Below are positions 63,648-64,000 of a stretch of 64,000 bases of DNA, piece after piece. Source of the stretch: Raillietiella orientalis (Eukaryota); contig JAYWIR010000040.1 in assembly GCA_036172245.1 (NCBI GenBank), forward strand, positions 744,001 to 808,000. Reading direction: 5' to 3'. A model generated the notes under the pieces. It made no database searches. It saw only the letters and a program-made list of their open reading frames with translations, and was not told the origin of the DNA. A program made the position numbers and the translations under genes. The stretch's first letter is position 1; each line of letters opens with the position of its first letter.

Positions 63648-64000
63648 AAGTACCGGGGGCCACTTCAGACGTTCAATGGGAACGTCGAGCAGCGCGCCTC
63701 AGCGTAGACGGGGCGCTTCCGACTGCCGGCGGCGCTGCCGGCGAAGGCATTTCGAGCAAGCACGCCGCTCCGTGGGAAAAGCGGCAGGCACCGGAAGTGG
63801 CGGAGGAGGGCGGAAGCAGCGCCTTCCCGTTCCCTCGACCTCCGCCAGCGCGGACGAGGCGGAGGAGAGCGAGCAGCACACACAGGGACCCCCTTCTACC
63901 ACCAGGAGCCCTTCGCGGCGCTGGGGGGCGCCGAGGAGGGCGCCCAGGCGGGTCGAGTGCGTCCGGCTGCACGAGCTTCGCGGAGGACATCAAGCTGCAC

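Noticed and set aside
1..64000. CRISPR arrays, rRNA, tRNA, prokaryotic operons or defence systems
   Set aside because: No repeat-spacer periodicity or recognisable RNA genes by eye; the spliceosomal gene structure shows the DNA is eukaryotic. A covariance-model scan was not possible.

Overview
This is eukaryotic (animal) genomic DNA. The 39-55 nt introns and an aladin gene fit a compact-intron invertebrate, possibly a basal nematode, but the taxon is only inferred. Most of the window is GC/CpG-rich (about 60% by eye) and consists of heavily decayed non-LTR retroelements (CR1/L2-, Tx1/L1-, RTE-, R1-, Utopia/NeSL- and Penelope-like remnants) interleaved with purine tracts and microsatellites, so nearly all ORFs in the supplied track are spurious. 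Two real genes stand out, both on the minus strand. The first is a complete 10-exon aladin (AAAS, WD40 nucleoporin) gene at 31230-37784, about 495 aa, with all splice phases reconciled by hand. The second is a long G/C-ending-codon orphan ORF or terminal exon at 26956-28635 (559 aa). Notable structures: (1) a near-identical 2.1 kb direct duplication (30565-32669 and 43602-45725) that places a second intact copy of aladin exons 8-10 and the polyA signal upstream of the gene; (2) a sharply bounded AT-rich, CpG-depleted zone over aladin exons 1-6 and their upstream region; (3) a ~200 bp high-identity inverted repeat joining two divergent Tx1-like remnants; (4) a probable decayed collagen pseudogene. 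All family assignments come from motif recognition by eye. No database searches were run, and remnant boundaries are approximate.
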